Positions 8,410 to 16,938 of a stretch of DNA of 64,000 bases are shown one piece after another (within the stretch, counting starts at the first letter, position 1; the number at the start of each line of letters is the position of its first letter). The DNA lies in assembly GCA_963751105.1 (NCBI GenBank), contig CAVVTG010000001.1:582344-646343 (forward strand), given 5' to 3'. Below the pieces are notes generated by a model. It was not told the DNA's origin, ran no database searches, and saw only the letters and a program-made list of their open reading frames with translations. This stretch comes from an uncultured Thermoleophilaceae bacterium (GTDB lineage Bacteria; Actinomycetota; Thermoleophilia; Solirubrobacterales; Thermoleophilaceae). Position numbers and translations under genes: made by a program.

Positions 8410-9852
8410 TTACGCCGGCTGCGGGCACGGCGCCGCCCGGCCCGGGCGCCGCAGCGCCGTGGCGGCCACACCGAGGACGGCCACGATCAGCGACACGATG
8501 ATCGCCGCGTGGAAGCCGTCCAGCAGCCCTTCGGGCGAACCGGCGGGACCGGCGTTTGCCGTGTTGACTGCGGTGGCCACCGCCAGCACGAGCGCTCCGC
8601 CGAACTGGAACGAGGTGTTGACGAGGCCTCCGGCGAGGCCCTGCTCCTCCGCGGCCACTCCGTTCGTGGCGGCGACGTTCAGCGACCCGTAGGCGAGACC
8701 GAAGCCCAGTCCGGTGAGCAGGAACGTCGGGAGCATTGCCACGGCGTAGCTCGAGTCGAGGCCGATCGGCAGGAACAGCGCGTAGCCGGCGGCCGTCGAC
8801 GCGAGGCCGGCCACGCTCAGCCGGGTGACCCCGAAGCGTGCGATCAACGGCGCGAGGCGCGTGGCCAGCACGGCCACCAGCAGGCCGGCCGGGAACAGCG
8901 CCAGGCCGGTTTCGAGGGCCGACCAGCCGCGCAGCTGCTGCATGTAGAGAGTGACGATGAACTGGAAACCGAACCAGCCGCCGATCAGGGACATCGCCCC
9001 GATGTTGGCCCGCACGAGGGCGCCCGAGCGCAGGATCCCCAGGCGGACCAGCGGGGCCGGCGTCCTGCGCTCATGTGCCACGAAGGCGCCCAGGATCGCC
9101 GCCGCGCCGGCCAGCGAGCCGAGCGTCCGGGCGGAGGCCCAGCCGGCCTCCGGCGCCTCGACGACGGTGAACACGAGCAGCAGCATTCCCACCGTGACGG
9201 CCAGCGCGCCGGCCACGTCGAAGCGAGCGCCCGTGCGGGCCGGGCGGCCGGGATCCGGCACCAGCCGGGTGGCCGCGATCAGAGTGATCAGGGCCAGCGG
9301 AACGGGGAAGAGGAACACCCAGCGCCAGCCCAGCTCGGTAAGCAGTCCGCTGAACACCAGCCCGAGCGAGAAGCCGGTGGCGCCGGTGGCCGTGTAGATC
9401 GCGAGCGCCTTGTTGCGGGCGGGCCCCTCGGCGAAGCTGGTGGTGATGATCGACAGCCCGGCGGGAGCCGTGAAGCCGGCGCTCACGCCCTTGATGAAGC
9501 GGGTCGCGATCAGCAACCCTTCGTCGGTGGCCAGTGCGCCGAGGCCCGAGGCGACGACGAACACGCCCAGCGAGATCAGGAACATGCGCCGCCGGCCGAG
9601 CAGGTCCGCAGCGCGCCCGCCGAGCAGCAGGAAGCCGCCGTAGCCCAGGACGTAGGCGCTGACGATCCACTGGAGCGAGCTGGTGGATACGTCGAGATCG
9701 GTGCGAATCGAGGGCAGCGCCACGCCGGTCATCGACACATCCATGGCGTCGAGGAAGAGGGCTGCGCACAGCACCAGCAGGGCGCCCCAGGCACGAGCGC
9801 TCAGCCGGCCGGTGCCGTCGTCGAGAGTGGTGGAGGAAGCTGAGGTGGACAC
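8410..9852 (-). CDS. MFS transporter, DHA2 (EmrB/QacA-like, 14-TMS) drug:H+ antiporter family
   Basis: It carries LDAMDVSMTGVALPSI and motif A GGRAADLLGRRRMF, with about 14 hydrophobic segments. The start is uncertain. I prefer the GTG at 9852 because 9880-9945 is an AT-rich, repeat-bearing non-coding-looking island; the alternatives are ATG 9909 and TTG 9960. Confidence 0.85.
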   Translation of the reverse strand: MSTSASSTTLDDGTGRLSARAWGALLVLCAALFLDAMDVSMTGVALPSIRTDLDVSTSSLQWIVSAYVLGYGGFLLLGGRAADLLGRRRMFLISLGVFVVASGLGALATDEGLLIATRFIKGVSAGFTAPAGLSIITTSFAEGPARNKALAIYTATGATGFSLGLVFSGLLTELGWRWVFLFPVPLALITLIAATRLVPDPGRPARTGARFDVAGALAVTVGMLLLVFTVVEAPEAGWASARTLGSLAGAAAILGAFVAHERRTPAPLVRLGILRSGALVRANIGAMSLIGGWFGFQFIVTLYMQQLRGWSALETGLALFPAGLLVAVLATRLAPLIARFGVTRLSVAGLASTAAGYALFLPIGLDSSYAVAMLPTFLLTGLGFGLAYGSLNVAATNGVAAEEQGLAGGLVNTSFQFGGALVLAVATAVNTANAGPAGSPEGLLDGFHAAIIVSLIVAVLGVAATALRRPGRAAPCPQPA

Positions 9853-10051
9853 GAGTCGCTTTCTTGAGAGGGGGCGGTCTCGGGTATTGTTCGATGATTC
9901 GACGAGCATCGTACTTAACTGTTCGATAAGCGTCAAACAATGTCTGTGGAGCCTGTGCAAACCGCCGACTCACCCGCCCGACCTGGCGGCGGGCGTGATC
10001 GCCGAGCGCGAGGAGGGCACCCGCAAGCACCTGCGGCTGCGCCGAGCCGAG

Positions 10052-10159
10052 CATCGGCACCACCTCGTGCCCGGCGGCCTCGAGGATCTCCACCAGAGGA
10101 CGGCCGACGCTCCCGGTCGCGCCGGCGACGGCGATCTTGCGCTGTGCTTGCTCGGTCAC
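10052..10159 (-). pseudogene. N-terminal remnant of an NAD(P)-binding (NmrA/SDR-like Rossmann) gene
   Basis: The GTG at 10159 gives MTEQAQRKIAVAGATGSVGRPLVEILEAAGHEVVPM, a classic GxxGxxG beta-alpha-beta unit. Family resemblance is then lost and the frame runs into the AT-rich island and the MFS gene. Confidence 0.45.
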
Positions 10160-10217
10160 AACAACGCCTGTTCGTTGGTCACTGCTGTAGACACTCGGCG
10201 AGCAAGGGATGTGACCC

Positions 10218-11103
10218 GTGGAAGCAAACGAACAACTGGCCCGGCGCTTCGAAGAGCACCGCCCACGCCTGCGCGGGGTGGCCTACCGGATGCTGGGCTC
10301 GGTGAGCGAGGCCGACGACGCGGTCCAGGAGGCCTGGCTGCGCTTCAGCCGCGCCGACACGAGCGAGGTCGACAACCTCGGCGCGTGGCTCACGACCGTG
10401 GTGGGCCGCGTCTCTCTCAACATGTTGCGCTCGCGCCGGACCCGGCGCGAGGAGCCCCTGGACATCCACGTCCCGGACCCGATCGTGAGCCGTGCGGACG
10501 GCACCGACCCGGAGCACGAGGCGCTGCTGGCCGACTCGGTGGGGCTCGCCCTGCTCGTGGTGCTCGAGTCGCTGACTCCCGCGGAGCGGCTCGCCTTCGT
10601 GCTGCACGACATGTTCGCCGTGCCGTTCGACGAGATCGCCCCGATGGTGGGACGCTCGCCCGCGGCGGCACGCCAGCTGGCCAGCCGGGCCCGTCGCCGT
10701 GTCCGGGGCGAGGCCCCGGCTCCGGACCCCGACCTGAGCCGCCAGCGTGAGGTGGTGGACGCCTTCTTCGCGGCCGCACACGACGGTGATTTCGACCGGC
10801 TGGTGGCGGTGCTCGATCCCGAGGTCGTACTGCGCTCGGACGGCGGCGCCGCGCGCCCCGTCGGCCACGGTGGAGGTGCGTGGCGCCGAGGCCGTCGCCA
10901 GGCGCGCCCTCAGCTTCGCGCGGCTGGCCCCCTACATCCGGCCGGCGCTCGTGAACGGAGTCGCGGGAGTGGTCGTGGCGCCCGGGGGGAAGACGTACTC
11001 GATCCTGGCCTTCACCGTCACCGGCGGGAGGGTCGTCGCCATCGACGCGCTGTCCGATCCCGCTCGCCTCGAGCAGCTCGACCCGACGATCCTCGTCGAT
11101 TGA
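10218..11103 (+). pseudogene. ECF sigma factor with C-terminal SnoaL/NTF2-like extension (SigJ-type); reading frame broken near 10856
   Basis: Regions 2 and 4 are present (AVQEAWLRF; LTPAERLAFVLHDMFAVPFDEIAPMVGRSPAAARQLASRARRRV). The C-terminal domain starts in frame 0 (REVVDAFFAAAHDGDFDRLVAVLDPEVVLRSDGGAA). It continues only in the +1 frame (ATVEVRGAEAVARRALSFA...GGRVVAIDALSDPARL). The junction is at the CCCC run 10856-10859. Confidence 0.65.
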
Positions 11104-11116
11104 TAATCATGGGGCC

Positions 11117-11935
11117 ATGCCACCGCTTCGGGCGAAGGAGCGCGCGCAGCTTCCCGACAGCGCCTTCGCGTACATCGACTCGGACGGGCGCCGTCGTCTC
11201 CCGATCCACGACGCGTCGCACGTCCGCAATGCTCTCGCTCGATTCGGCCAGGTGGCGTTCGAGGACGACGAGGCCCGGGACCGGGCCCGCGGCCGGCTGC
11301 TGCGGGCGGCCCAGAAGCACGGGATCATGCCGATCGGCTTCATCAACGCGCAGCTCCAGCCGGAGCGCAGGCTCCCCAAGGGCACGCTGACCTTCCTGCT
11401 GACCGACATCGAGGGCTCGACCGAACTGCTGGGCCGTCTCGGCGATGACTACGCCCGTCTTCTCTCCGGCACCCGGCGCGTGGTGGCCGCGGCGGTGCGG
11501 CGCGCCGGCGGCCATCAGGTGTCCGCGCGCGGCGACGACGTGTTCGCCGTCTTCGAGCGCGCTCCGGCGGCGCTCGAGGCCGCCGTGGCCATCCAGCGCG
11601 GCATGCGCGACGGGGACTGGCCTGGGGGCGGCGAAGTGCGGCTGCGGATCGGCCTCCACCGCGGGCGCCCCAAGCTCACGGACACCGGCTACGTCGGCCT
11701 CTCGGTCCACGCCGCCGCGCGCATCTGCTTCTCGGCTCACGGCGGCCAGATCGTGATGTCCTCGGCCGTGCGCACGGCGGCCCTGGACTCGCTCCCGCAG
11801 GAGATCGGCCTGACGAGCCTCGGCGCCTGGCGCTTTCGCGGGCTGCCCGAGCCGATCGAGATCTTCGAGGCGGAGCGCGCCCGGACCTGGCCGACCGGCT
11901 TCCCGCCGCTGAGATCGGCCACCGCCGCGGGATAG
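11117..11935 (+). CDS. Class III adenylate/guanylate cyclase with an N-terminal about 70-aa extra domain
   Basis: The cyclase homology domain shows GTLTFLLTDIEGSTELL, GDDVFAVFE, RIGLHRGRP and GLSVHAAARI. The N-terminal module is LPDSAFAYIDSDGRRRLPIHDASHVRNALARFGQ. Confidence 0.8.
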   Translation: MPPLRAKERAQLPDSAFAYIDSDGRRRLPIHDASHVRNALARFGQVAFEDDEARDRARGRLLRAAQKHGIMPIGFINAQLQPERRLPKGTLTFLLTDIEGSTELLGRLGDDYARLLSGTRRVVAAAVRRAGGHQVSARGDDVFAVFERAPAALEAAVAIQRGMRDGDWPGGGEVRLRIGLHRGRPKLTDTGYVGLSVHAAARICFSAHGGQIVMSSAVRTAALDSLPQEIGLTSLGAWRFRGLPEPIEIFEAERARTWPTGFPPLRSATAAG

Positions 11936-12384
11936 TGCTGACGTTCCGAGCCGTGCCCGCGGACCAGGAGCCGGCCGTGACGCTCCTCGAGGCGATGCGC
12001 GTGACCCTCACCGAGCTCAACGAGGGCCTGCATCCCGACTCGCCCGAGATGCCGTCGGCCGGCCCGCCGGACTTCACGCTCTTTCTCGTCGGCTCCGAGG
12101 ACGAGGAGCCGATCTGCTGCGGTGGCCTCAAGCCGCTCGATGAGGGAGCGGTCGAGATCAAGCGCATGTACGTCGTGCCCGAAGCCCGCCGGCGCGGCGT
12201 GGCCCGTCGGCTCCTGGCGGCCCTCGAGGAGGAGGCGCGCCGGCGCGGCTTCGCCGTCGCGCGTCTCGACACCGGTCCCCGCCAGCCGTCCGCCGAGCGG
12301 ATGTACCGCGAGGCGGGCTACGCGGAGATCGGGAACTTCAACGCCAACCCGGTGGCGTCGTTCTGGGGCGAGAAGCGCCTGTGA
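11935..12384 (+). CDS. GNAT family N-acetyltransferase
   Basis: It contains the acetyl-CoA motif IKRMYVVPEARRRGVARRLLAALEEEARRRGF. The GTG start overlaps the upstream TAG by 1 nt. Confidence 0.85.
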   Translation: MLTFRAVPADQEPAVTLLEAMRVTLTELNEGLHPDSPEMPSAGPPDFTLFLVGSEDEEPICCGGLKPLDEGAVEIKRMYVVPEARRRGVARRLLAALEEEARRRGFAVARLDTGPRQPSAERMYREAGYAEIGNFNANPVASFWGEKRL

Positions 12385-12385
12385 G

Positions 12386-12970
12386 TCAGCCGGCCTCGGC
12401 CACGAAGCCGAGGTCGTCCGCGGCGTGGCGGGGCCGGCCGAACACCTCTTCCACCAGCGGCCGGAAGAACTCGAGCGGCAGCGACTCGTAGTCGGGATCG
12501 AAGCAGTTCTGATCGAAGCGCTCGCAGAACTCGACGCAGTCGTCGTACCAGGGGTGGTCGGCGTAGCGGTCCCGCCCGTTGCGGTCCTCGCCCATCAGGT
12601 GGGCGTAGTAGAAGCTCTGGAACAGGGCGTGCTTCTGCACGATCCAGCAGATGCGCTCGCTCACGAAGGGCCGGAGCACGGCGGCGACCATGTCGCCGTG
12701 GGAGTGCGGCGCGAGGGCGTCGCCGATGTCGTGGAGCAGCGCCGCGGCCACGTACTCCCTGTCCTTCCCGGCGCGGTGGGCCCGGGTGGCGGACTGGAGG
12801 GAGTGCTCGAGCCGGCTGACCTTGAGGGGTCCCTGGAACTGGTCGAGCTCGGCCACCGCGTCCATCAGCCGGTTGGGCAGCTCGCGAGCGTCCTCGTCGG
12901 AGTCGCTGTTGATCAGACGCAGGTCGGCCTCGGTCATGTCCGCCATGCGGGTGTAGGAGACGGTGGTCAT
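12386..12970 (-). CDS. HD-domain metal-dependent phosphohydrolase/oxygenase family protein (PhnZ-like size)
   Basis: It has LEHSLQSATRA and AALLHDIGD (the HD motif). The ATG at 12970 overlaps the upstream stop (ATGA). The upstream part of the track ORF is read-through. Confidence 0.7.
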   Translation of the reverse strand: MTTVSYTRMADMTEADLRLINSDSDEDARELPNRLMDAVAELDQFQGPLKVSRLEHSLQSATRAHRAGKDREYVAAALLHDIGDALAPHSHGDMVAAVLRPFVSERICWIVQKHALFQSFYYAHLMGEDRNGRDRYADHPWYDDCVEFCERFDQNCFDPDYESLPLEFFRPLVEEVFGRPRHAADDLGFVAEAG

Positions 12971-13452
12971 CGCTGTTCGCCAGTCTCGCAGTACTGCTCC
13001 AGGCCCGCCAGGGTCGCTCCCCAGCCCAGGTTGCAGAAGGCATACCAGCGTGAGTCGTCGCGCCAGCCGCTGTGGGAGAAGTTCAGGATGGTGGCGTCGG
13101 CGCCGCTCTCCGAGTAGCCCAGCCGTGGCCCGAGCCACTCGAGCGCCGGATCGCCCTCGGGGGTGCCCAGGTCGAAGGTCAGCTCGTGGCCGAGCCACTC
13201 CGAGGCAGGGTTTCGGCTGTCGGTGAACTCCGACTCGCACCGCCAGGCCACCCTCTCGCCCGCAACGAGGTCGGTGATCCTCATCTGCAGCGGAGCGCCG
13301 AACCCGTGGTCGAACTCGACCACGTAGCCCGGCTCGGGCTCGGCCTTCACCGCCTTACCCCACCACGCGTCCAGGCCGTCTCTGGTGGTGATGGCGTCGA
13401 AGACGGTGCTTCGCTCGGCGTTGATCCAGACCTCGTGAAGGATCGCGTTCAT
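12967..13452 (-). CDS. SRPBCC/AHSA1-family (START-like) protein
   Basis: The N-terminus INAERSTVFDAITTRDGLDAWWG is typical of Aha1-like SRPBCC proteins. It lies in an ArsR-SRPBCC operon with overlapping stops and starts. Confidence 0.75.
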   Translation of the reverse strand: MNAILHEVWINAERSTVFDAITTRDGLDAWWGKAVKAEPEPGYVVEFDHGFGAPLQMRITDLVAGERVAWRCESEFTDSRNPASEWLGHELTFDLGTPEGDPALEWLGPRLGYSESGADATILNFSHSGWRDDSRWYAFCNLGWGATLAGLEQYCETGEQR

Positions 13453-13892
13453 GCCGCCCCGCCGGTGGCCAGTGCGCGACTCAGCCGCTCGAGCATCTCC
13501 GTCCAGCCCTCCGAGTGGGAGTCGACCTCGCTGGGAGGCAGGTCGCGGTGGACGAGTTGCACCAGGGTGCCGTCGCCATCGGCCGTGAGCGTGACCTCCA
13601 CCGTGCTGGCGCCGGGCGGGACACCCACAGAATCTTCCTCGAAGCCCCAGGTGAACACCACGCGCGACGGCGGCGACACCTCCAAGAACTCGCCCCGCAT
13701 CGAGTAGAGCTCGCCGTCGTCGCCCCGGTGGGTCTGCCGGCAGGTCCCGCCGGGCCGCGGATCGAGTGTCGCCGCCTCGGCCAGCCAGCGGGTCAGCTTG
13801 TCCGGCTCGGTGAAGAACGCGAACACCGTCTCCGGGCTCGCCGCGATCCGCTTCTCCTTCACGACCGGCTCAGTTGTCATTGCCTCGGGCAT
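13449..13892 (-). CDS. SRPBCC/AHSA1-family protein (second copy)
   Basis: It carries IAASPETVFAFFTEPDKLTRWL, GGTCRQ and VVFTWGFE. The start may instead be the ATG at 13880. Confidence 0.75.
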   Translation of the reverse strand: MPEAMTTEPVVKEKRIAASPETVFAFFTEPDKLTRWLAEAATLDPRPGGTCRQTHRGDDGELYSMRGEFLEVSPPSRVVFTWGFEEDSVGVPPGASTVEVTLTADGDGTLVQLVHRDLPPSEVDSHSEGWTEMLERLSRALATGGAA

Positions 13893-14226
13893 TGCGCCGT
13901 CTCCTCTCCTCGCGTTCGGCTTCGATTTTCAGGTCCTCGAGTCGCTCGTCCCAGAACTGGTCGAGGTAGGCGCGCAGGCCCACCAGGCCCTCGCGTCGCG
14001 CGCGGTACAGCCGCCTCGTGCCGTCCCGGCGCTCGACCACCAGCCCGGCCTCGCGCAGCACGCGCAGGTGCTGCGAGATCGCCGGACGCGTGACGTCGCC
14101 GAAGCGGGCGGCGATCGCCCCCGCCGGGAGCTCGCCCCCACGCACCAGCGAGAGAATCTCCCGCCGGCGTGGCTCGGCGATGGCTGCGATGGCGTCCTGC
14201 ACTGCGAGCCATACGTTAGCACTCAC
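13870..14226 (-). CDS. ArsR/SmtB family transcriptional regulator
   Basis: It has a winged HTH, RREILSLVRGGELPAGAIAARFGDVTRPAISQHLRVLREAGLV. This is the classic partner of downstream SRPBCC genes. Confidence 0.88.
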   Translation of the reverse strand: MSANVWLAVQDAIAAIAEPRRREILSLVRGGELPAGAIAARFGDVTRPAISQHLRVLREAGLVVERRDGTRRLYRARREGLVGLRAYLDQFWDERLEDLKIEAEREERRRRNARGNDN

Positions 14227-14300
14227 TTACATAAGCTCGCGTCTGAGAGCCGGGTTGTAACGCGTGCGCGCAGCCTGCCTGAGGGCTATCTTGCCGGGCC

Positions 14301-15632
14301 ATGCGAGCGTTCCGGGGTGCCCTCCTGTCGGTCTCGATCCTCAGTCTGGTCACGGCCGCGCCCGCCGTGGCGGCCGCCTCCGTGTCCAGGCTCGACGAGT
14401 CCAACGGCGTGCGCTTCACCCTCAACGGCTCGCGTCTCACCCTCAGGCTCGCGCCGCAGCAGGGTTCCTCGCCTCCCGACGTGCGGCGCAACGTCTGGGG
14501 GAAGCGCGTGCAGGCGATCTGCTCGGCGACCTTCAGCCAGCGCCGTGCCGGCCGCATAGCGGAGTCGGCCGAGCTCGTCTGGCCGCACGGCAACAAGACA
14601 CTGCGCCTCCGACTGGACCGCGACGTGTCCAGGCAGGTGCGCTGGTGCCTGCTGGAGGGGGATGGCGGAGGCGACGTGGCGAGCGTCACCTTCAGAGCCT
14701 TCATCTGGGTGGGCGGCGACACCAAGGCCGATCGGCGCATCGGGCAGAGGCTGCGCCGTTATCTGCTCCGCGAGCCGGGCTCGCGTCCCTGGCTCACCCG
14801 CGTTGACGGAATCGTCGTGAACGGCGGACGAATCCGGGTGGAAACCGAGCTCACGCCCGATCGGCTCGGGAAGGAGATCGCCCGCCGAATCTGCGTCCTG
14901 ATCCGGCGCTCGGACGTGGCCGGCGACACGTCTGGACACCGCGTTCTCGGACGCCGCGGGGGCGTACTGCGCACCTGTCCGGCTCAGTCGGCCGTGGCCG
15001 CTGCATCCGTCACGAGGCTCGACCAGTCGAACGGCGTGCGCTTCACCCTGGCCGGGCGGCTCCTCACGCTGAAGCTCGTCCCACAACAGGGTTCGTCGCC
15101 TCCGGACATCCGGCGCAAGGTGTGGGGAAAGCGCGTCGATGCTGCTTGCTCCCCGAGCTTCAGACCGCGCACCGTCAAGAGGATCGCCGTCTCGGGCCAG
15201 GTGGTCTGGCCGCGCGGGGCCACGACTCTGACCGTTCAGCTCGACCGCGACGTCTCCCGGCAGGTCAGGTGGTGCCTGCTGGAGAAAGGCGGCGCCACCG
15301 ACGTCGCCGCGGTCGACTTCAAGGTCTTCATCCGTCTGTTCGGCGACGACAAGCCGGACCGGAGCATCGGCCAGCGCCTACGCCGTTACCTGATGAATGA
15401 CTTCGGGAGCCGGCCCTGGCTCAGCCGGATCCGCGGAATCGTCGTGGACGACGGCGTGATCGCCGTGGCCACGGAGCTCACGTCCGACCCGCGCGGCAAG
15501 GAGATCGCCCGGCGGATCTGCTCGCTCATCAGGACATCCGGGGTGGCGGAGGGCACGCCGGGCCACGCCGTCTACGGACGCCAGGACGGCGTCCTACGGA
15601 CCTGCTCGGCTCAGCCGGCCTTCGACTTGTAG
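14301..15632 (+). CDS. Secreted protein composed of two tandem 209-aa homologous modules, uncharacterised
   Basis: Signal peptide MRAFRGALLSVSILSLVTAAPAVA. Module 1 covers aa 23-230 and module 2 covers aa 232-443. Both begin VAAASV(S/T)RLD(E/Q)SNGVRFTL and end GVLRTC(P/S)AQ, with 4 Cys each. Confidence 0.7.
   Translation: MRAFRGALLSVSILSLVTAAPAVAAASVSRLDESNGVRFTLNGSRLTLRLAPQQGSSPPDVRRNVWGKRVQAICSATFSQRRAGRIAESAELVWPHGNKTLRLRLDRDVSRQVRWCLLEGDGGGDVASVTFRAFIWVGGDTKADRRIGQRLRRYLLREPGSRPWLTRVDGIVVNGGRIRVETELTPDRLGKEIARRICVLIRRSDVAGDTSGHRVLGRRGGVLRTCPAQSAVAAASVTRLDQSNGVRFTLAGRLLTLKLVPQQGSSPPDIRRKVWGKRVDAACSPSFRPRTVKRIAVSGQVVWPRGATTLTVQLDRDVSRQVRWCLLEKGGATDVAAVDFKVFIRLFGDDKPDRSIGQRLRRYLMNDFGSRPWLSRIRGIVVDDGVIAVATELTSDPRGKEIARRICSLIRTSGVAEGTPGHAVYGRQDGVLRTCSAQPAFDL
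14367..15629 (+). repeat. Intragenic tandem duplication, 2 x 627 nt
   Basis: The period was verified with an identical 20-mer, AACGGCGTGCGCTTCACCCT, at 14403-14422 and 15030-15049 (offset 627). The protein modules align over their whole length. Confidence 0.8.
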
Positions 15633-15880
15633 TAGTCCGCGTTGATCTGGATGAACTGCTGCCACTCGTCGGGCAGCTGGTCCTCGGCGAAACAGGCGTC
15701 CACGGGACACGCCTCCACGCAGGCGTCGCAGTCGATGCATTCCTCGGGATCGATGTAGAGCATCTTCACCGCGTCGTAGTCGGGCTCGTCCGGGGTGGGA
15801 TGGATGCAGTCCACCGGACAGACCTCGACGCAGGAGTTGTCCTTCTGGTCGATGCAGGGTTCGGCGATGACGTAGGCCAT
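15611..15880 (-). CDS. fdxA: 7Fe ferredoxin (3Fe-4S + 4Fe-4S, FdxA type)
   Basis: MAYVIAEPCIDQKDNSCVEVCPVDCI and CIDCDACVEACPV are the canonical cysteine patterns. The ATG at 15880 is in frame with the track ORF. Confidence 0.92.
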   Translation of the reverse strand: MAYVIAEPCIDQKDNSCVEVCPVDCIHPTPDEPDYDAVKMLYIDPEECIDCDACVEACPVDACFAEDQLPDEWQQFIQINADYYKSKAG

Positions 15881-15939
15881 GGAGGGGAGCATTGTACCGA
15901 GGGCTCCGCCGCCACCCGGGCACCCCATAGGCTGCTCGG

Positions 15940-16938
15940 ATGGCCGAGCGCCGCGACGCCGATCCGTTCCTCGACACCTTCACCGGGCTCGTGACGGCCC
16001 GTGCCGTGGCCACGGCGATCATGCTCGGCGTGTTCGATGCCCTGCACGACGAGGCCGCCCGGGCAGACGAGCTCGCGGCGCGCCTGGGCCTCGACCCGCT
16101 CGGCGCGGAGACGCTGCTCGTGGCGCTGGCCACGCTCGGTTACGTCAGCGACGCGGACGGCCGTTTCGCCAACACCGAGGTGACCGAGCGGCTGCTGGTC
16201 CGCTCGTCACCCGAGTCCATCGCCACCTTCGCGGGCGAGCAGGCCGACCTGCACTGGGAGGTGCTCGCCCCGCTGGCCGAGGCCGTGCGCAGCGGGCGGC
16301 CCTACGCGATGCACGAGGAGCGTCGCGACGACGGAGCGCGCTGGGAGGCCTACATACGCGGCCTGTTCGAGGTCTCGCGCACCGAGCAGGACGACAACGC
16401 GGCGCTGGTCGAGGTCGACGAGCCGCGTCTGATGGTCGACGTGGCCGGAGGCCATGGGGGCTTCGCCATGGCCATGTGCCGGCGCCATCCCCGTCTGGAG
16501 GTCACGGTCCTCGACCTGCCGCCGAGCGCGCGGATCGGTCGCGAGATCGTGGCCGAGCAGGGTTTCTCCGACCGCGTGCGATTCCGCGAGGGAGACGTGT
16601 TCGACCTGGGGCTCGGCGAGCAGCTCGACGTGGTCTCCGTGTTCAACCTGATCCACCACCTGCCGGAGGAGCGGGACCGCGAGCTGTGCCAAATGGCTCA
16701 CGCCGCGCTCCGGCCCGGCGGGGCGTTCGTGATCGGCGACTCGGCGCGGCCCGAGCCCGGCGAGCCGGTGTCCGAGCACGGGGCGATCTCGAGCCTGCTC
16801 TTCTACGCCTGGAGTCACAGCCGCAACTTCAAGCCGTCCGAGATCCGCGACTGGATGGACGAGGCGGGCTTCACCGGCGTGCAGACCCACCGCAACGAGC
16901 GCTCGCCCTGGCGTGTGGTGGTGGTGGGCCGCCGGTGA
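15940..16938 (+). CDS. Class I SAM-dependent O-methyltransferase (dimerisation domain + Methyltransf_2-like)
   Basis: It has an N-terminal winged-helix dimerisation region and SAM motif I, VDVAGGHGGFAMAM. The overall length is typical of small-molecule OMTs. Confidence 0.8.
   Translation: MAERRDADPFLDTFTGLVTARAVATAIMLGVFDALHDEAARADELAARLGLDPLGAETLLVALATLGYVSDADGRFANTEVTERLLVRSSPESIATFAGEQADLHWEVLAPLAEAVRSGRPYAMHEERRDDGARWEAYIRGLFEVSRTEQDDNAALVEVDEPRLMVDVAGGHGGFAMAMCRRHPRLEVTVLDLPPSARIGREIVAEQGFSDRVRFREGDVFDLGLGEQLDVVSVFNLIHHLPEERDRELCQMAHAALRPGGAFVIGDSARPEPGEPVSEHGAISSLLFYAWSHSRNFKPSEIRDWMDEAGFTGVQTHRNERSPWRVVVVGRR

Noticed and set aside
7684-9843. A 719-aa ORF on the + strand spanning the mrp 3' half and the whole MFS gene.
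   Set aside because: It is out of frame with mrp and antisense to the MFS transporter. Its composition is dominated by Arg, Gly, Pro and Ala. Both real genes have clear family motifs.
9071-10159. A 362-aa ORF on the - strand.
   Set aside because: Only the first approximately 36 codons (Rossmann motif) look genuine. The rest overlaps the MFS gene in another frame and is Arg/Pro-rich. I therefore called only a gene remnant.
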